64,000 nt of DNA from Guillardia theta CCMP2712 (lineage: Eukaryota > Protista > Cryptophyta): positions 673,061 to 737,060 of the forward strand of contig NW_005434667.1 of assembly GCF_000315625.1 (NCBI RefSeq). The letters run 5' to 3'. The notes beneath the pieces were generated by a model, which did not search any database, was not told the DNA's origin, and was given only the letters and a program-made list of their open reading frames with translations. Position numbers and translations under genes: made by a program. This document shows positions 1 to 13,616 of the stretch, in pieces (the first letter of the stretch is position 1; each line of letters starts with the position of its first letter).

Positions 1-1802
1 GGTAAGAAAGCTCGAAGTTCATGCCGTCGTGTACTTCGTAGTCTGACAACGTGATCTTGTCGTTGTACACTTGCTTGCATTTCTGAAGAATCTGCAGCAC
101 AAGAGTTCAGCATTGTGTGATGACACGACAACGAAGCAGACCAGCGACCGCGGGTCTCTCCCGATTTTCTCTCCGATCAAGACTTTCAGGTCTTGGATCG
201 TGTCTGTCGGTTTAGCGTACACGCTCGTCTTCCGGCCAAACCGATCGTCCGCATGCACTTTGATCTTACCGGCCAGCCGATTGTCGTCGAGAAACTGTTC
301 AGCAGTCAGACGGGAGCAGGAGAATGAGAGTCTCGTGCCTCTGCGTAATGCCAGGGCTTCTTGCTCGGCAGGACGACGGAGGGCTCACGGGAGAAACGCA
401 TCTTCGTATACATACTACCATCGCGGCCTTGCTTCGTTTGCCTCCCATGGGAGAACCCCGTCTTGTTCTTGGGCGTACTCTTCTTCAGGCTCGAGTCGAA
501 CCCGTACCTCTCCATCTCCTTGCTCGAGTAACTGACAGACTCACCCCACACTCCAGCAAGGAAGTCGCATGCTACCTGTCCTCTTTCTCCGACTCCCCGT
601 CTGACACGGGCAATCGCTCGAAGCCTCTCTCCCTCGCCCCTCCAGACTCTTCTCCCCTCCGAGACTGGGGCAGCAGCTCGTTTGCGAACGGCATGAGCAA
701 GGACCTGCATGCTGACGTCACCCCCCGTCTCTGAGTTGCTCTCAGCCCTTACACAAGGTCCGACTTATCGAGGGCGTTGGCGATGCTGACGTTGCGCAGC
801 CGCAGTTGCGCCTTCAGCCACGGGACGCCTTGAGACTGGGAGGTCAACGATCAGCATCGGGCCCTCTCCGAGGCAAGCAGCAGTAACGACCAGCAGCCAT
901 CCTTCAGCTTCCAGGGCAGAAGTGTTCTCCCCCTGCCTCCTTCCCTGCAGGATCGACTCCGCCAGGTTCGCAGCCCGAGCGCTGTACTGCATCCTGCAAG
1001 CTTGCAGCGTCACGAGTGGGGAAGGGGGAGGGCTCTTGCCGCCTACTTTGCATGGAAGCTCTGCTCCGGCTCGCGGCACCATGCATCCGCCTCAGACTTC
1101 ATCGCGTCGAGCTGCACAGCCTCCTCAGCCTCCCCTCAATGAGCCTCCTCCGACTCACCATGGACCTGTCCCTGGCTCGCTCCCCCTCCTGCTCCAGCTC
1201 TTGACGACCTTCAGCTCAGAAGGAGCAGCGGGCAAAAGAGTTGCGCGTTCACCTCGGGTGATGTTCTTCTTCCTGCACCAAGGCGGTCAGCGGCCGGAGG
1301 GAGCAGGGGAGGGCGGCAGGTACCACAAGGGGTCCCTCATAAATTTCTCGAGGTCCTCCCTTGTCTCTATCCCAGCGTATCTCAGCAGCAGAGGATCGAC
1401 CGAGTGCAGGAAGGACCGCGTCCTGTTCCGCGCCTGCTACACCCGTTGAGCTTGTGCGGAGCAGGGCAAAAAAGGAACGACCTGCTCCAGCGCCCCTCGG
1501 TATGCCTCCTTCAGCCCCCCTCCATCGCAGGCGGAGCTATTGCGCAGCGCTGGATGGGAGCCCGAGCTCGCAGCCACTCGATCGATCGAGTCTCGGAGGA
1601 ACACAGCAGAGTGTCCCTGCTCTCCTCTGTTGACCCCTGCCCTCGGCGCCTTGCTGTCCCGACGTCCCTCGTCGCTGGCCCGCATTCGCTTCCTCGCACC
1701 GGGTGCCTCATGCCTGCCATGGTCCCCTCCGCGCGGCAGGGAGGCCTCGCATTGAGCCTGCAGCAAGAGGAGGAGGAATAGAGCGGAGCCTCTTGCACAC
1801 AT
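1..1802 (-). CDS. Multi-exon protein with N-terminal signal-peptide-like segment and C-terminal Hub1/UBL5-like domain (3' end runs off window)
   Basis: Removing a 50-nt GT-AG intron (141..92) gives KIKVHADDRFGRKTSVYAKPTDTIQDLKVLIGEKIGRDPRSL-ILQKCKQVYNDKITLSDYEVHDGMNFELSY, which aligns with UBL5/Hub1 ([41 protein letters not shown]). Upstream exons run back to MCARGSALFLLLLLQAQCEA at 1802. The middle exon joins are uncertain. Confidence 0.7.
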
Positions 1803-1884
1803 GGCGGATCCTCGTCATCTCACACTCCACATGCTCAACCTTGCATCAGCTGCAAGAAGTCATCCGACCTGTCACCTGACGCTC

Positions 1885-2015
1885 TCTCCCTCGTCTCCTC
1901 GTCTCCTCTCCTCGTCTCCTCGTCTCCTCTCCTCGTCTCCTCTCCTCGTCTCCTCGTCTCCTCTCCTCCTCTCTCCTCTCCTCGTCTCCTCGTCTCCTCG
2001 TCTCCTCGTCTCCTC
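1885..2015. repeat. (TCTCCTCG)n-type microsatellite
   Basis: Tandem ctcgtctc/ctcctct units, intergenic. Confidence 0.9.
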
Positions 2016-2586
2016 TTTTCTCGCTCCTCCCCTCCCTCTACCCGCACACAGCACTGGACCTCCCTTCTGCTGACCCGCCGCTTCTTGTCATCCTATTTAT
2101 TCGCACTAATTGAAACCTTCTGCCTTTCCTGGTACACCCAAACAAACATGGCGCCGGGGGCCGGTGCCCAGCTCCTATCGCTCTGAACCGCCCAGCCCCT
2201 TCCTGCTCGCCTCTCTTCTCGTTCCTGCTCTCCCGCTCTCCTGCTCTCCTGCTCTCCTCCCCTCGTCCCCCTCGTCCCCTCGTCCTTTCCCTTTCTGCTC
2301 CTGTACTGTGTGGACGGTTCTTCATCCTAGAGGGAAAGACGTAGAGTTGTCTTAGAGAGGAGGGCGGGGAGGGGGGGGAGGGGAAAGGGGAGGAGGTAGT
2401 ATAGGGAGAGTACAACAGCGTTGTTTCAAGGCTGAAATGCTCCTCCCGTCTGACTGCTATCCAGGTCGGAAGTCTCCTCAGCTCGTCCGATGAGAGCAGC
2501 AGCAGCAGCAGCAGCACCGAACTCCTCCATCGTCTCCTCAGCGCTCTTCTAAACCCGCTGCTACCTGCGCGCCCCACGGCTCGCGG

Positions 2587-4507
2587 ATGCAAGGATACCA
2601 TACAGCAGCGCGCACGAGACTGTTCCCCTCGAGCGTGAGGACGTTTGTGATCCTGACGGTGATACGACGGGGGTTTTGCTTCCTGCTGCCAGCGAGCGCC
2701 GCCCCGGGCGCTGCGTCGTCCATCAGCCCGATGATGTCGAGCGCGATGGAAGGGAGAGGAAGGGTCGTCGTGCAGACGCTGACTGAGGAGGGGAGGATGG
2801 ACATCGCCATCCCTCTCAGTGGAAAGTTGAGGCAGCTGAACAGGCTGAGCAACGAGCCGCTGCAGAAAGTTTTTGGGAGGATCAAGCAGGCAGCCAGCCG
2901 GTCCACCAGCACTGTGGGGAAGAGAGGGTTCAAGGCAGGGGGAGGGGAGCAGGTTGCCCAGCAGAAGGAGGTCTTGTGTGAGCTCTTCGACCCCCGCGGG
3001 GAGAAGATTTACGAGGATACGCTGAACATCGACGCGTGGAAGAGCGGAAACGTCTTGAAGGTCGGGGAGGAGGAGTTCCTGGTCGACGTGGACCCTCCCT
3101 CAGTCCAGAAGCTCAGCCTCCTCTCCCGGCCCATGTCCGGCATCCCCTTGCTCCCTCTGGTGGAGTTGAGACATTCCAGCCTGTCAGCCTGCACGTGGCG
3201 CTGGTTCAGGAGCAGGCAGGTAGAAGACTCTGTTGCAGGGGATGGAGAAAAGGAGGAGGGCGAGAATGGCTGGGAGCCGATAGCAGACGCCGACTGCAGG
3301 GTGTACACGCCGCGAACGGAGGACGTTGGTTGGAAGTTGAGAGTGCGGTGCTTGCCTCGCAAGGTTGGAGAGGGAGGAGGAGGAGACGGGGGGGCGAGCG
3401 CGTACCGTGAGGGGGAGCATAAAGATGCGGAGACGACAAGGGCGGTGGCGGAGCTGCCGAAGAGTCTGGCAGGAGACGGGAGGCAGGAGAGTACGAGGGA
3501 CAGGACGTGCTCTCCCTCCTTCCGCGTCGTCTCCTACAACCTCCTCGCTAGCTCATACGCCGACTCGCCATTTGCCCGGGAGAAACTTTTCCCCTACGTG
3601 CCTGCGGCGGCCATGGATGCAGACTACCGCAAGCAGCTGCAGTTGCTGGAGCTATTCGGGTACAACGCAGATATCCTCTGCCTGCAGGAGGTCGACCAGT
3701 CGGCGTTCCAAGAGTTCTTCGAGGAGCAGCTGGACAACGCCGGGTACTCTTGCCACTTTCTGAACAAGGCGGGCAGCGTGAAGGAAGGGGAGGCTGTGTG
3801 CTTCAGGAGGGAGAGGTTCGAGGTGCTCGAGAAGAAGGAAGTTGTAGTGAAGGAGTGCTTCAAGTCCTGCTTCGAGGACGGGAGCAGGCACAGGCAGTAC
3901 TGCGAGATGATGTCGGACCCCTCCAACGCCGAGCTGTACCGGGTCCTCTCCGAGAAGCTCTCGACTGTGGCGCAGGTAGTGGCGCTGGGCCCTCGGGACG
4001 GGGCGGGGGAGGAGGGAGGGCTGATAATCGTTAACACTCACCTCTTCTTCCACCCCGAGGCCTCCCACATCCGCATGCTGCAAGTCTCCGCAATCCTAAC
4101 GGAGGCGATGGACATGAAGGAGAGGATGGAGGAGAGGTCTCAACGGGCCTGCGCGGTCCTCTTCGTCGGGGACCTCAACAGCGAGCCTGACACAGGAGCG
4201 ATCGAGCTGCTGGCGGGAGGAGCCGTGTCACCGCAGCACCCGGAGTGGGAGGCCCACGCGGGATTCCGATGGGGGGACAACGGGGAGGAGGAGGTGGGAG
4301 TGCATGCGGACTCGGGCCCGTCAGTGAGGAGGGAGGAGGGGCAGGCGCTCAAGGGGATGAGCCTGTCGCATCCCCTCGCTCTAGCGAGCAGCGACGGTCT
4401 TGGCTCGTCCTTCACCAACTATGTCCGAGGATACATCGGATGCCTCGACTACATCTTCTACGAAGCCTCTGCGTTGAGAGTCGAACAGGTCAGGAAAGAT
4501 TGATGTG

Positions 4508-4548
<41 letters not shown>

Positions 4549-6131
4549 ATCCTGCTCGTTCTCCTGCCGCTCCTGCTGCTGCTCCTCCTGCGCCTGCGCC
4601 TGCACTTTCGCCTTCTCTCTTGCTCTCCCTCCACGTCTCCTCCTCCATCTGCTTACTCCGATGCTCTAGTTCGTTCAGCCACCTACTGAGGAGGAAGTGG
4701 ACACAACGGCTCTGCCCTCCTTCAAGTTTCCCTCCGACCACATCTCCATCTGCTGTGATCTAACGTGGCGCAAATCTCCCCTCCCCTCCTCCCTCCCTTC
4801 CTCTGCCTCCCTCCCGTCCCCTTTCCCCACAGCGCAAGACCTTTCCGTCGAACGCTACCCCGCAAGCTTGTATGCTCGAACAAGACTCCCTCAACCGGCA
4901 AGCCCGTACCTGGTGAGGGAGAAGAGTAGCAGGAGAACGGGGAGTGGACGAGAGGGAATGAGAGGGTTGGAGACAGAGAGTTGAGGAGGAGGAGGAGGAG
5001 GAGGAGAAAAGCAGGAGCAGGAGCAGCAGGAGCAGGGGCAAGAGGATGAGGTGGTGGTGGTGGTGGTGGTGGTGGTGGTGGTGGAGGAGGAGGAGGAGGA
5101 GGATGTTCGTCGCCTGACGGACGTGGAAAGGTGTATAAGGCCGTTGCAAGTCTCCGCGAGGGCAAGCTTATTGGCCTTCCGATCGACAACGAGTACTACA
5201 TCGCAGCTGCTTCTGGAAGTCCGGAAGGGGTGAGGGGAAGCCAGGAGAGGAGGGGACGAGAAAAGAAGGATTGGAGAAGAGGGAGGAGAGAGAGAAGAGA
5301 GAGGAGAAGAAGCAGAGGGAGCAGAGGAAAGCAAGTTCCTCAAGTGGGTGGAAGAAACAAGAGAAACAGGAGGCAGGAGGGGGCGAGCGACTTTATGAGA
5401 GCAGGGAAGGGTTGATGGAGATTTGAAATATTCATGGTAGGTGCAGCGACTGCGGGAGGCTCAGGGAGGAGGAGGCGACCTGTCTGTCTGCCTCGCCGAC
5501 CCTTCCGAAGCCTCCGAGCACGCAGTCTGCAATCGCGTCCCGCTCGACCTCCTCCACCACCTCCTGTCCCTGCCTGCAACCAACGTGGTGCTTCCGAGGA
5601 AGAAGCTGGAGGAAGCGGGAGGTCAGACCATGGCAGAGGAAGGAGGGGAAGGAGGGGGCGATGCTGACTGGTAAATCAGATCCGAAGATCGTCCTGCGAT
5701 GTCCGGGGCAGGATAAGGGTCAGATGTACGTCAGCGGCGCCTTCTCCTTCCCTCGCGCTGTGGCGCGGGAGCTCGGCATGCCCCTCGTCGTCGCTCCCGC
5801 ATCCTCCAGCAAGAGGCAGTACCCCAGCTCTCCCTCCTCGTCCTCCTCCTGACCCGCTGTGCGCAGTTGCCTCTCGGTAAGGGAGTTCAGGGACAAGTGG
5901 GCAGCATGCGCGCAAGTGTTCGATGGAGGGGACGCGGAGGAAGCAACGAAGCTCTTGACCATCGACATGGCGGAAGAGGCGAAAGTGAAGATACGCCAGG
6001 AGGTGAAAGAGCTGAACTTCCTCCTTCCCCCCCTTCCTCCTCATGCTTGACTTTTACTGTACAAGGACCCTCGAGCTGCAGAGCTTCAGGAGCTCTTCTC
6101 CTCCTACGGCATCACCTTCGACCTCGTCTGA
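2587..6131 (+). CDS. PDE12: 2',5'-phosphodiesterase 12 (CCR4/nocturnin EEP family) with in-frame spliced C-terminal YrdC/Sua5-like domain
   Basis: EEP motifs SYNLLA, LCLQEVD, NTHLFFHP, GDLNS, FTNYV..LDYI and PSDH (the last after intron 4489-4669). The frame stays open to a GT donor at 4913. Phase-0 joins at 5140 and 5441 give AVASLREGKLIGLPIDNEYYIAA / LSVCLADPSEA..LLHHLL / FPRAVARELGMPL / CLSVREF..VFDGG / ELFSSYGITFDLV*, i.e. a YrdC fold. PDE12 identity is strong; the fusion is moderately supported. Confidence 0.8.
4982..5101. repeat. Intronic (GAG)n/(GTG)n microsatellites
   Basis: Triplet runs inside predicted intron 4913-5139. Confidence 0.9.
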
Positions 6132-6448
6132 GCTCCGCGTGCCCCTCCCTCTTTACGAAGCTGGCGATCTGCTCGTCGAACTCTGGAAGGATCTTGTGTC
6201 CTCCGCTCGCTGCCATCTTGACCGTCAAGTTGGGCAACAAGCTCTTGAGCCTGCATCCGCCTCAGTTCCTTTTTCTCCCCAGCTCTTCGGCATCCTTACA
6301 CGCTGACGCGGTGAGGACGGAACACCTGGTCGTCCTCGGCATAGAGCAGGAGAGCCTGTTTGACCGTCAGCAAACTCACCCGCCAGTCCAACGCTCCAAA
6401 GCTCACCGGGATCTTGGGGCGCTCGTGGGATCGCCAGGTGGAGGGCTA

Positions 6449-6501
<53 letters not shown>

Positions 6502-8040
6502 AGAGTGGGAAAGTCAGAGGCTGCAGGTATCAGGGGAAAAGGCTCCAACCTCGTCTCCCCCCATTGGCGCAACTAGCACGATCTTATGGACTTTATTCTC
6601 GTGCTTTGCCACGTATCGCCTGCTGGGACGTCAGGGAATTCACCTCAAGTATGATGAAACAGTACAGAGCTTGTCCTCCCCCCCAGCTCTTGCCCATGAT
6701 GGTGAATGAGCTGTTCGTACTCTGCGTATCCGAAAGACTCGTCAGATCCGGCAACGAAGGGGAGGGAGAGGGCAGATGGTGGGGGAGGGAGGGAGAGTGA
6801 AATGGGAGGCTACAGGGCGGGAGCAGGAGGTAGGAAGGGATCGAGCGAGTGACGGAGGATTGACTGTGGCGATCGGTGGAGCTTGTCACCTTGTCCTCAA
6901 CGATGCGATCCACAACCTTCTGAATGCTCTTAGTTGCACTGGAAGAGCTCTTTCGGGGCTGGACGTCAGCAATCTCCTTCCACGGGTCAGGTCCAACGTA
7001 CTGGCCTCGTCGCCGAGTTGGTGTGAAAGTTCGGGAGTACGACCAAGAAGCCTCGGGAGCCCAGGAGCGCAGCCGTCCTCTCCCACTCGCGCACCACCTG
7101 CCAGGGCCTGTCAAACCCAGCAAGAGCAGCATCGAGCCCCCACCTGGGTGCTTGAAGAAGCTCCATGGATCATGACGATGAGGGGAGACTGAGGCCTCCC
7201 GTACTCCTTGTACTCGACTCTGCCCACTGAGGAGCGTGCGGGATCAGCGATCAGGTCTACTCTTACCGTGCGCCCCTTCACTCACCGTCAGAGATCTCCA
7301 CAGCCTTGCTGGCAGTGTTTGTCTCTTCTCTCGCAGCTGAGCTTTCCTGACCTCTCGCACCCCGAGCCTCCCTCGCCACGTCATCCTTCGTCTCCCGCTC
7401 ATGAGATGCGAGTGTGCTCCGAGCGTCTTTGTCGAGCACCTGGAGGTCATCAGCTGTACGGACGAGCTAGGACAAGGCTCTACCCCTGTATCAGCTCCCT
7501 TCACCACGTCACTCCTCACCTGCAGAGGATCAGCATGAAAGCGTCCGGCAGTGGGTACAGCCAACGATCCTCCTTCTCACCTGTGCCTGGTACAGAACTA
7601 TTGCACCGCACAAACAGACGGCAAACAATCCAAAGTATCCCCTGCAAGGTTCTGTCAATGGGTTTCCAGGCTCTCAGGTCGTCCATCTTCATTTCTATCG
7701 CTGGGTTGTTCTCCTGGACTGTACATCACGTCTTCCCTCTTCCTTCCTCACTCTGCCATATGATCTACATTGCTCCCACCCACGTACATGCATTTCTATT
7801 GATCTTCCTCCCTTGCTAGGAAGTTTGTATCGCGGTCACCACGGCCAGGGCGAGTCCAGCTCAAAGTTGTCATCGAGTCGATGCCAGTCGTTCTCAGTCT
7901 CAGTCCATCCTAACCCCGATGTCCTCCTCCTCCTCCTCCTCCTCCTCCTCCTCCTCCTCCTCCTCCTCCTCCTCCTCCTCCTCCTCCCTCTCATACCTTG
8001 AGCATGTTTCTTGCCGTCTTCCTCGTTTTCCCATGTCCAT
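6112..8040 (-). CDS. Alpha/beta hydrolase-fold protein (multi-exon)
   Basis: Spliced segments IHGASSSTQ, FLVVLPNF, nucleophile elbow IMGKSWGG, KVHKIVLVAP, LLLYAEDDQ (acid) and MAASGGHKILPEF (His). Stop at 6114-6112. The 5' exons and start are tentative. Confidence 0.7.
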
Positions 8041-8049
8041 TCTTTTGCG

Positions 8050-8342
8050 CCTCCCCCACCCCCTTTGCTCATTCACCCCCTCTTATCCCTCAATTACTAC
8101 CCCTACTACATGGATGAGGGCACCACCCTACCATAGTGAATTTGATTGCTTTGTAAGGTAAAGGGAAGGTAGGGTACCCAGACATACCATGACAGGGGTC
8201 TTCACGGGGTACAATTCGGTTGGATGGAGTGTGGTAGATGGGGTGGGTACTACAAGGGAAGACTAGGGGTAATGGCATGGTATTTGGGGGTGGATTGAGT
8301 GAGGGGTAGATGGACCAGGACGTCGATAGGGGGTGGGTGGGG
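8050..8342. promoter_or_regulatory. Cluster of GGGGTR/YACCCC motifs in divergent intergenic region
   Basis: Many ggggta/ggggtg/tacccc copies between the hydrolase (-) and WDR5 (+) starts; function inferred from position only. Confidence 0.4.
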
Positions 8343-8609
8343 CCAGAAAAGCGCGGGAGATGGCGACGAGAAGAGAGGCGCGGAACAGGGCGGAAGAAGA
8401 GGAGGAGGAGGAAGGAGGGAGGCGGAGTAGGAACAAAACAAGGAGAACATCGTAGATGAGAAGACAAGGAGACGAAGAACTGTTCTGTGGGAACGGGAGA
8501 GAGTGAGCAAGGGATTAGAAGGAGGATCGAATAGATTGCAGAGTGGAACTTTCCCTGCTTCATGTGGTTTCCCCCCGTGGCTGACTTCGCGCGTTCTGTC
8601 AGCAGGTAA

Positions 8610-9690
<1,081 letters not shown>

Positions 9691-9797
9691 TATTTTTTTC
9701 CTCCTCGTAAATTGAAGTTTGTTTTGTGCCGCTGAACCGTTGAAGCTCTGACAAGCCTGATCTTGCTCTACTGCTTTATGGGCTTTATTTGATCGCT

Positions 9798-10794
9798 CTA
9801 CAACGCAATCTTTGTTGATACCCTGGACGTGGTAAGCTCGCCCAGCAGAGGTTGCTCAAGATCCGATTTCCTCGGGGGATGCTCGATGGAGTACCTCAAC
9901 CTCTCCACATCAGAGGGGCTGATATGGTTCTTCCTGAACACCTTGTACCACATGCGCGTCCTCCGCTCCCTGGTCGCTGAGTTGCACTTTTTGATCGACT
10001 TGAGCCACTGCTCAACAAGCCGTTGCTTGAAGATCTGCAAAAACCACGGCAATCAACCCCAACACAAGGGTAAAGAACGACCCCTCCGCATCACCTCGTG
10101 CGAGATTTCCTGGCCGTATTCCCAGGCTAGCTGCACTGGTGTGCGTCCTTGCTGGGAAGCATGTCATGAAAGCGCACGGAAGGAGTTGGAAAGGATGGAC
10201 CTTGTCTTTCGCTGTCACTTTGAGCCCGCGCTTTAGAAGGTTGTGGATGGCGTTGCTGCTGCCGTTCACAGCTGCCCAGTGGAGGGCTGTGGCGCCATTC
10301 TTGTCGACGGCACTCACATTCGCTCCTCTCTCACAGAGAGCGTCAATAGCCGAGGAACGGTCGTTGACGGCAGCCCAAAAGATCGGGGTCCACCCATCGC
10401 TATCGGTCAACTCAGTTCCAAAGCGTTTGTCGTGTATTCGTTTGAGCTCGATCGCCTTGCCAGCAGCGGCTAAAGACATCATCAACTTGTAGTAGGCCTT
10501 TAGCTCCTTCTTCTGGAGATTGAATTTCAATCCTCCTCCACGAAGATGCATCACCCCGAGGGATGAGGATGGAGCGATGGAGGATTGTTGGATGCCAACG
10601 TGGCCGCGCGCAACACAGCACGATAGGACCACGGGCTGATCACAAACAAACTTCAGCGCGCAACCAACACGATCGAACTGACAAGCATGATCTGCGTCTG
10701 CCGCTGTCCTCGCACCGCATGAGAGCACGCTCCCAACTTTCTGCACCCCCCAAGTCGCGAACGCGACGACTAACCAGGGTAGCAGAGTTTTCAT
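9798..10794 (-). CDS. Ankyrin-repeat protein with signal peptide and HLRGG-ending presequence
   Basis: MKTLLPWLVVAFATWG N-terminus; ankyrin repeats DGWTPIFWAAVND, NGATALHWAAVNG and, after an intron, GRTPVQLAWEYG. Confidence 0.8.
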
Positions 10795-11353
10795 GTCCGC
10801 TCCAGCTTATCTGAGCATGGAGAAGCTCTTGCCAACAGTCTGCATGGCCTCTGCCGTCACTTCTGTCTGTCTCATCTTCTAGCTCTCCTCAGCTTCCTGC
10901 GCAGCCTTCTTCTGCATCTGCCGGCCGCTGGGGCACCTCCAATCCGACCATTGCTAGACCAGGGAACTTGAACCGCTCGTCGTTGAAAGTTTCAATAAAA
11001 ATATACGAAAGTTCTGGATATCAAAGTTTCAAAGTTTGTAATTCGTTACGGAGAATTCCGCGCGAGGAGAGGCAGGCATGGCGGAAGGGGAGCCGGGGGG
11101 GAGGGAAGTAGCACGAGATATGGCGGGAGAGGGGGGGGGGGGATGGTCAGAAGATAGAAGGAGGTAGGAGTGAGAAGAGGCCCAGCAACGGGGATGTGCG
11201 AGGACGCAAGTGTCTCGCTGGAAGAGCCATTGGTCGCCTCATGATTGTTGGACGAGCTCATTTCTGGATCGGCACCGGGTCTATGGAGGAGTCTTACGAT
11301 GTGCCTGCAGGTTTCAATGAGTTTTGCAGTCTGAAGGAAGCAGAAAACAGAAG

Positions 11354-13483
11354 ATGAGCGGGTCAGACGGGCAGAACAACTTCGTCAAGAAGCTCAACGA
11401 CCTCAATCCCTCCACCGTCTCAGTCCAGACGCTCTCGAAATGGTGAGGGCGACCCCTCAAGTGACGGGCCTGACCTGTCGATGCAAGGATGATCTTCAAC
11501 TACAAACATGCTGCGAACTTGGTGCGGACATGGCAGAGGGAGATCCTGCAAGTGAAGCCGGAAAGGTGAGTCAGAGAGCCTCGAGGGCACTCATTCTCCG
11601 CTAACGGCATTCTAGGAAGCTGACCTTTCTGTACCTGGCGAATGACGTGCTGCAGCAAGTGAGGAACATGACTGACGTTCCTTCTCTGAAGTTTGCTCGT
11701 GTCCTGTCAGAGCCGCAAGAAACACCAGGAGTTCTTGAACGAATTCGGTTGGACCCAGGGCCTTGAGAGCGTTAGTCCTGACCATTTCCCTTCAACCAGC
11801 CAAAGTCCTTCCAGGGGTCCTTGCAGATGTTGCGAAGAGCTGTGATTCGAATCCAAAGGTGCGTTTCTTCCTCTCCCTCCCTCCCTCTCCCTCCCTCCCT
11901 CCCTCTCCCTCCCTCCCTCTCCCCTCCCTCTCCCTCCCTCCCTCTCCCTCCCTCCCTCTCCCTCCCTCCCTCCCTTTCTCCCTCCCTCTCCCTCCCTCCC
12001 GCTCCCCCCCTCCCTCTCCCTCCCTCCCTCTCCCTCCCTCCCTCCCTCTCCCTCCCTCTCCCTCCCTCCCTCTCCCTCCCTCCCTCTCCCTCCTTCTCTC
12101 TGCATGATTGTCTTTCCCGGATTGAAAGTTTCGACAGGTGAAGGAATCGTCCGCGCGGCTCATCATGATCTGGTGCACCTGTATCTCCAGTGGTCAAGTT
12201 AGGTTCTGACATGGAATCTTTTGGAAGGGAGGAGCGAGACGTGTACAGCAAAGACTTCTTGCTCAAGTGCTCGGCTGCACTGGTAACACCTACCCTTGTG
12301 CCAAGATCTCGACTGTTCGTGAGTGGATCCGCAGAAAGGAGAGTTGGCTGTATCCAGCAAAGACACTGGCAGCACGCCCGACATCAAAGGTGCCTCCTGA
12401 CCTTCTCTTCCCCCCAAGGAGGCTGATGTGACTCGTGGCCATCGACGTCTGTAGAGAAGGCGGAGATCCTGGAGCCGGTCGCCAAGGTCTTAACTCCGAG
12501 GTCCTTGCTGGAGTTCTGACGGGGCCTCAGTTGAACGAGGTGCTCTTGCGGCATAAGAATCTGAGCATTCGGACGGACGACAGTCACTCGAAGATCGAGA
12601 ACCTGTTGTCTCCCCCCTTCCTCCTCCCACCAGCGCCTGACCTGTGCCTGCAGACCGCCGGAGATCTTTCAAGTGAACCCTGAGGAGACGACGACTTCAG
12701 ACGTCTCGTATAACATCGCTGTTTCTGCCAGCCAGGTGCCGTTTGCGAAGGAGAGACTCGCTCTCCCTGTCCCCCACCTCACGTTCTCCTGCTCATGAAG
12801 ATCTTCATCACCAACGTCTCGTTGATTGTCAGATCTCCTTCCCCTGTGGTTTCTCCACAGAAGATATCGTTTTCAATATCCTATTCAATCTCTGTCTCCC
12901 CCGACCCTTCTCCTCCCGCTCCCCTCCTGACTTATCCGAAGGTCTTGGAAACTGGTGTGGCAAATAGAGAGGAGTTCAAGAAGTTAACGACTCAGAGCAT
13001 CGAGATCCTTCGCGATCTCCTGAAGGATCAGGTGAGTCCACGAGGCGACCAGCTCCTCTGTGACGCTGCGGAAGATGGCGAAATTTCAGGAGAACGAAAA
13101 GTGGCTCACCGAGCATTCAGCGGTGAGCAGCAGGAGAAGGGAGAGGAGAGCGAGGGATGAGAGAGGTGGAGAGGAGGGAGGGGAGGAGACTCTGACCTCC
13201 CTCTAGGTTCTGGCGAGCCTGAAGCTGTACATGTCCAACATATCCAGCACAGCAGCGCCGGGCGGTGCAGGAGGAGGGGGAGGAGGCCGGCCTCCTCCTT
13301 TGGCTGACAGCGACGAGGACGAGCCGAGGTGCTGCCATTCTCCGCGTTCTGTTTCGCTCACCTGTCCACAGCCCGAAGAGGCCGAGAGGAGAAAACTGGG
13401 CAGGAGGAGAGGAGAGCGTGCAGGAGCAGCCGCCAACTGAGGTGCCCATGGCGGACACTGCAGGAGAGGACTATGAACCATAA
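11354..13483 (+). CDS. CID-domain protein (RPRD1/Rtt103-like, binds Pol II CTD)
   Basis: Spliced FVKKLNDLNPSTVSVQTLSKW-MIFNYKHAANLVRTW..KLTFLYLANDVLQQ-SRKK..WKERDVY. Many short introns; 3' exon structure approximate. Confidence 0.8.
11870..12100. repeat. Polypyrimidine (CCCT/CCCTCT)n intronic tract
   Basis: About 230 nt of almost pure C/T inside a CID-gene intron. Confidence 0.95.
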
Positions 13484-13616
13484 TAGCGGTTGGAGGAAGT
13501 GTGGAGGAGGAGGAGCGAGGAGGAGCGAGGAGGAGGAGGAGGAGGAGGAATTGGCTTATCACGACCCAACTTTAAAATTAAAGACACCCATGAGCTCAAG
13601 GTCAAGACCTTCCTCG

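Noticed and set aside
1720-1745. SLPRGG in the Hub1-domain protein as an LRGG motif
   Set aside because: Poor match (Pro at the Leu position) and immediately after the signal; not counted
2148-2160. TGGCGCC as an LTR primer-binding site
   Set aside because: Only 7 nt, with no LTR pair or gag/pol nearby
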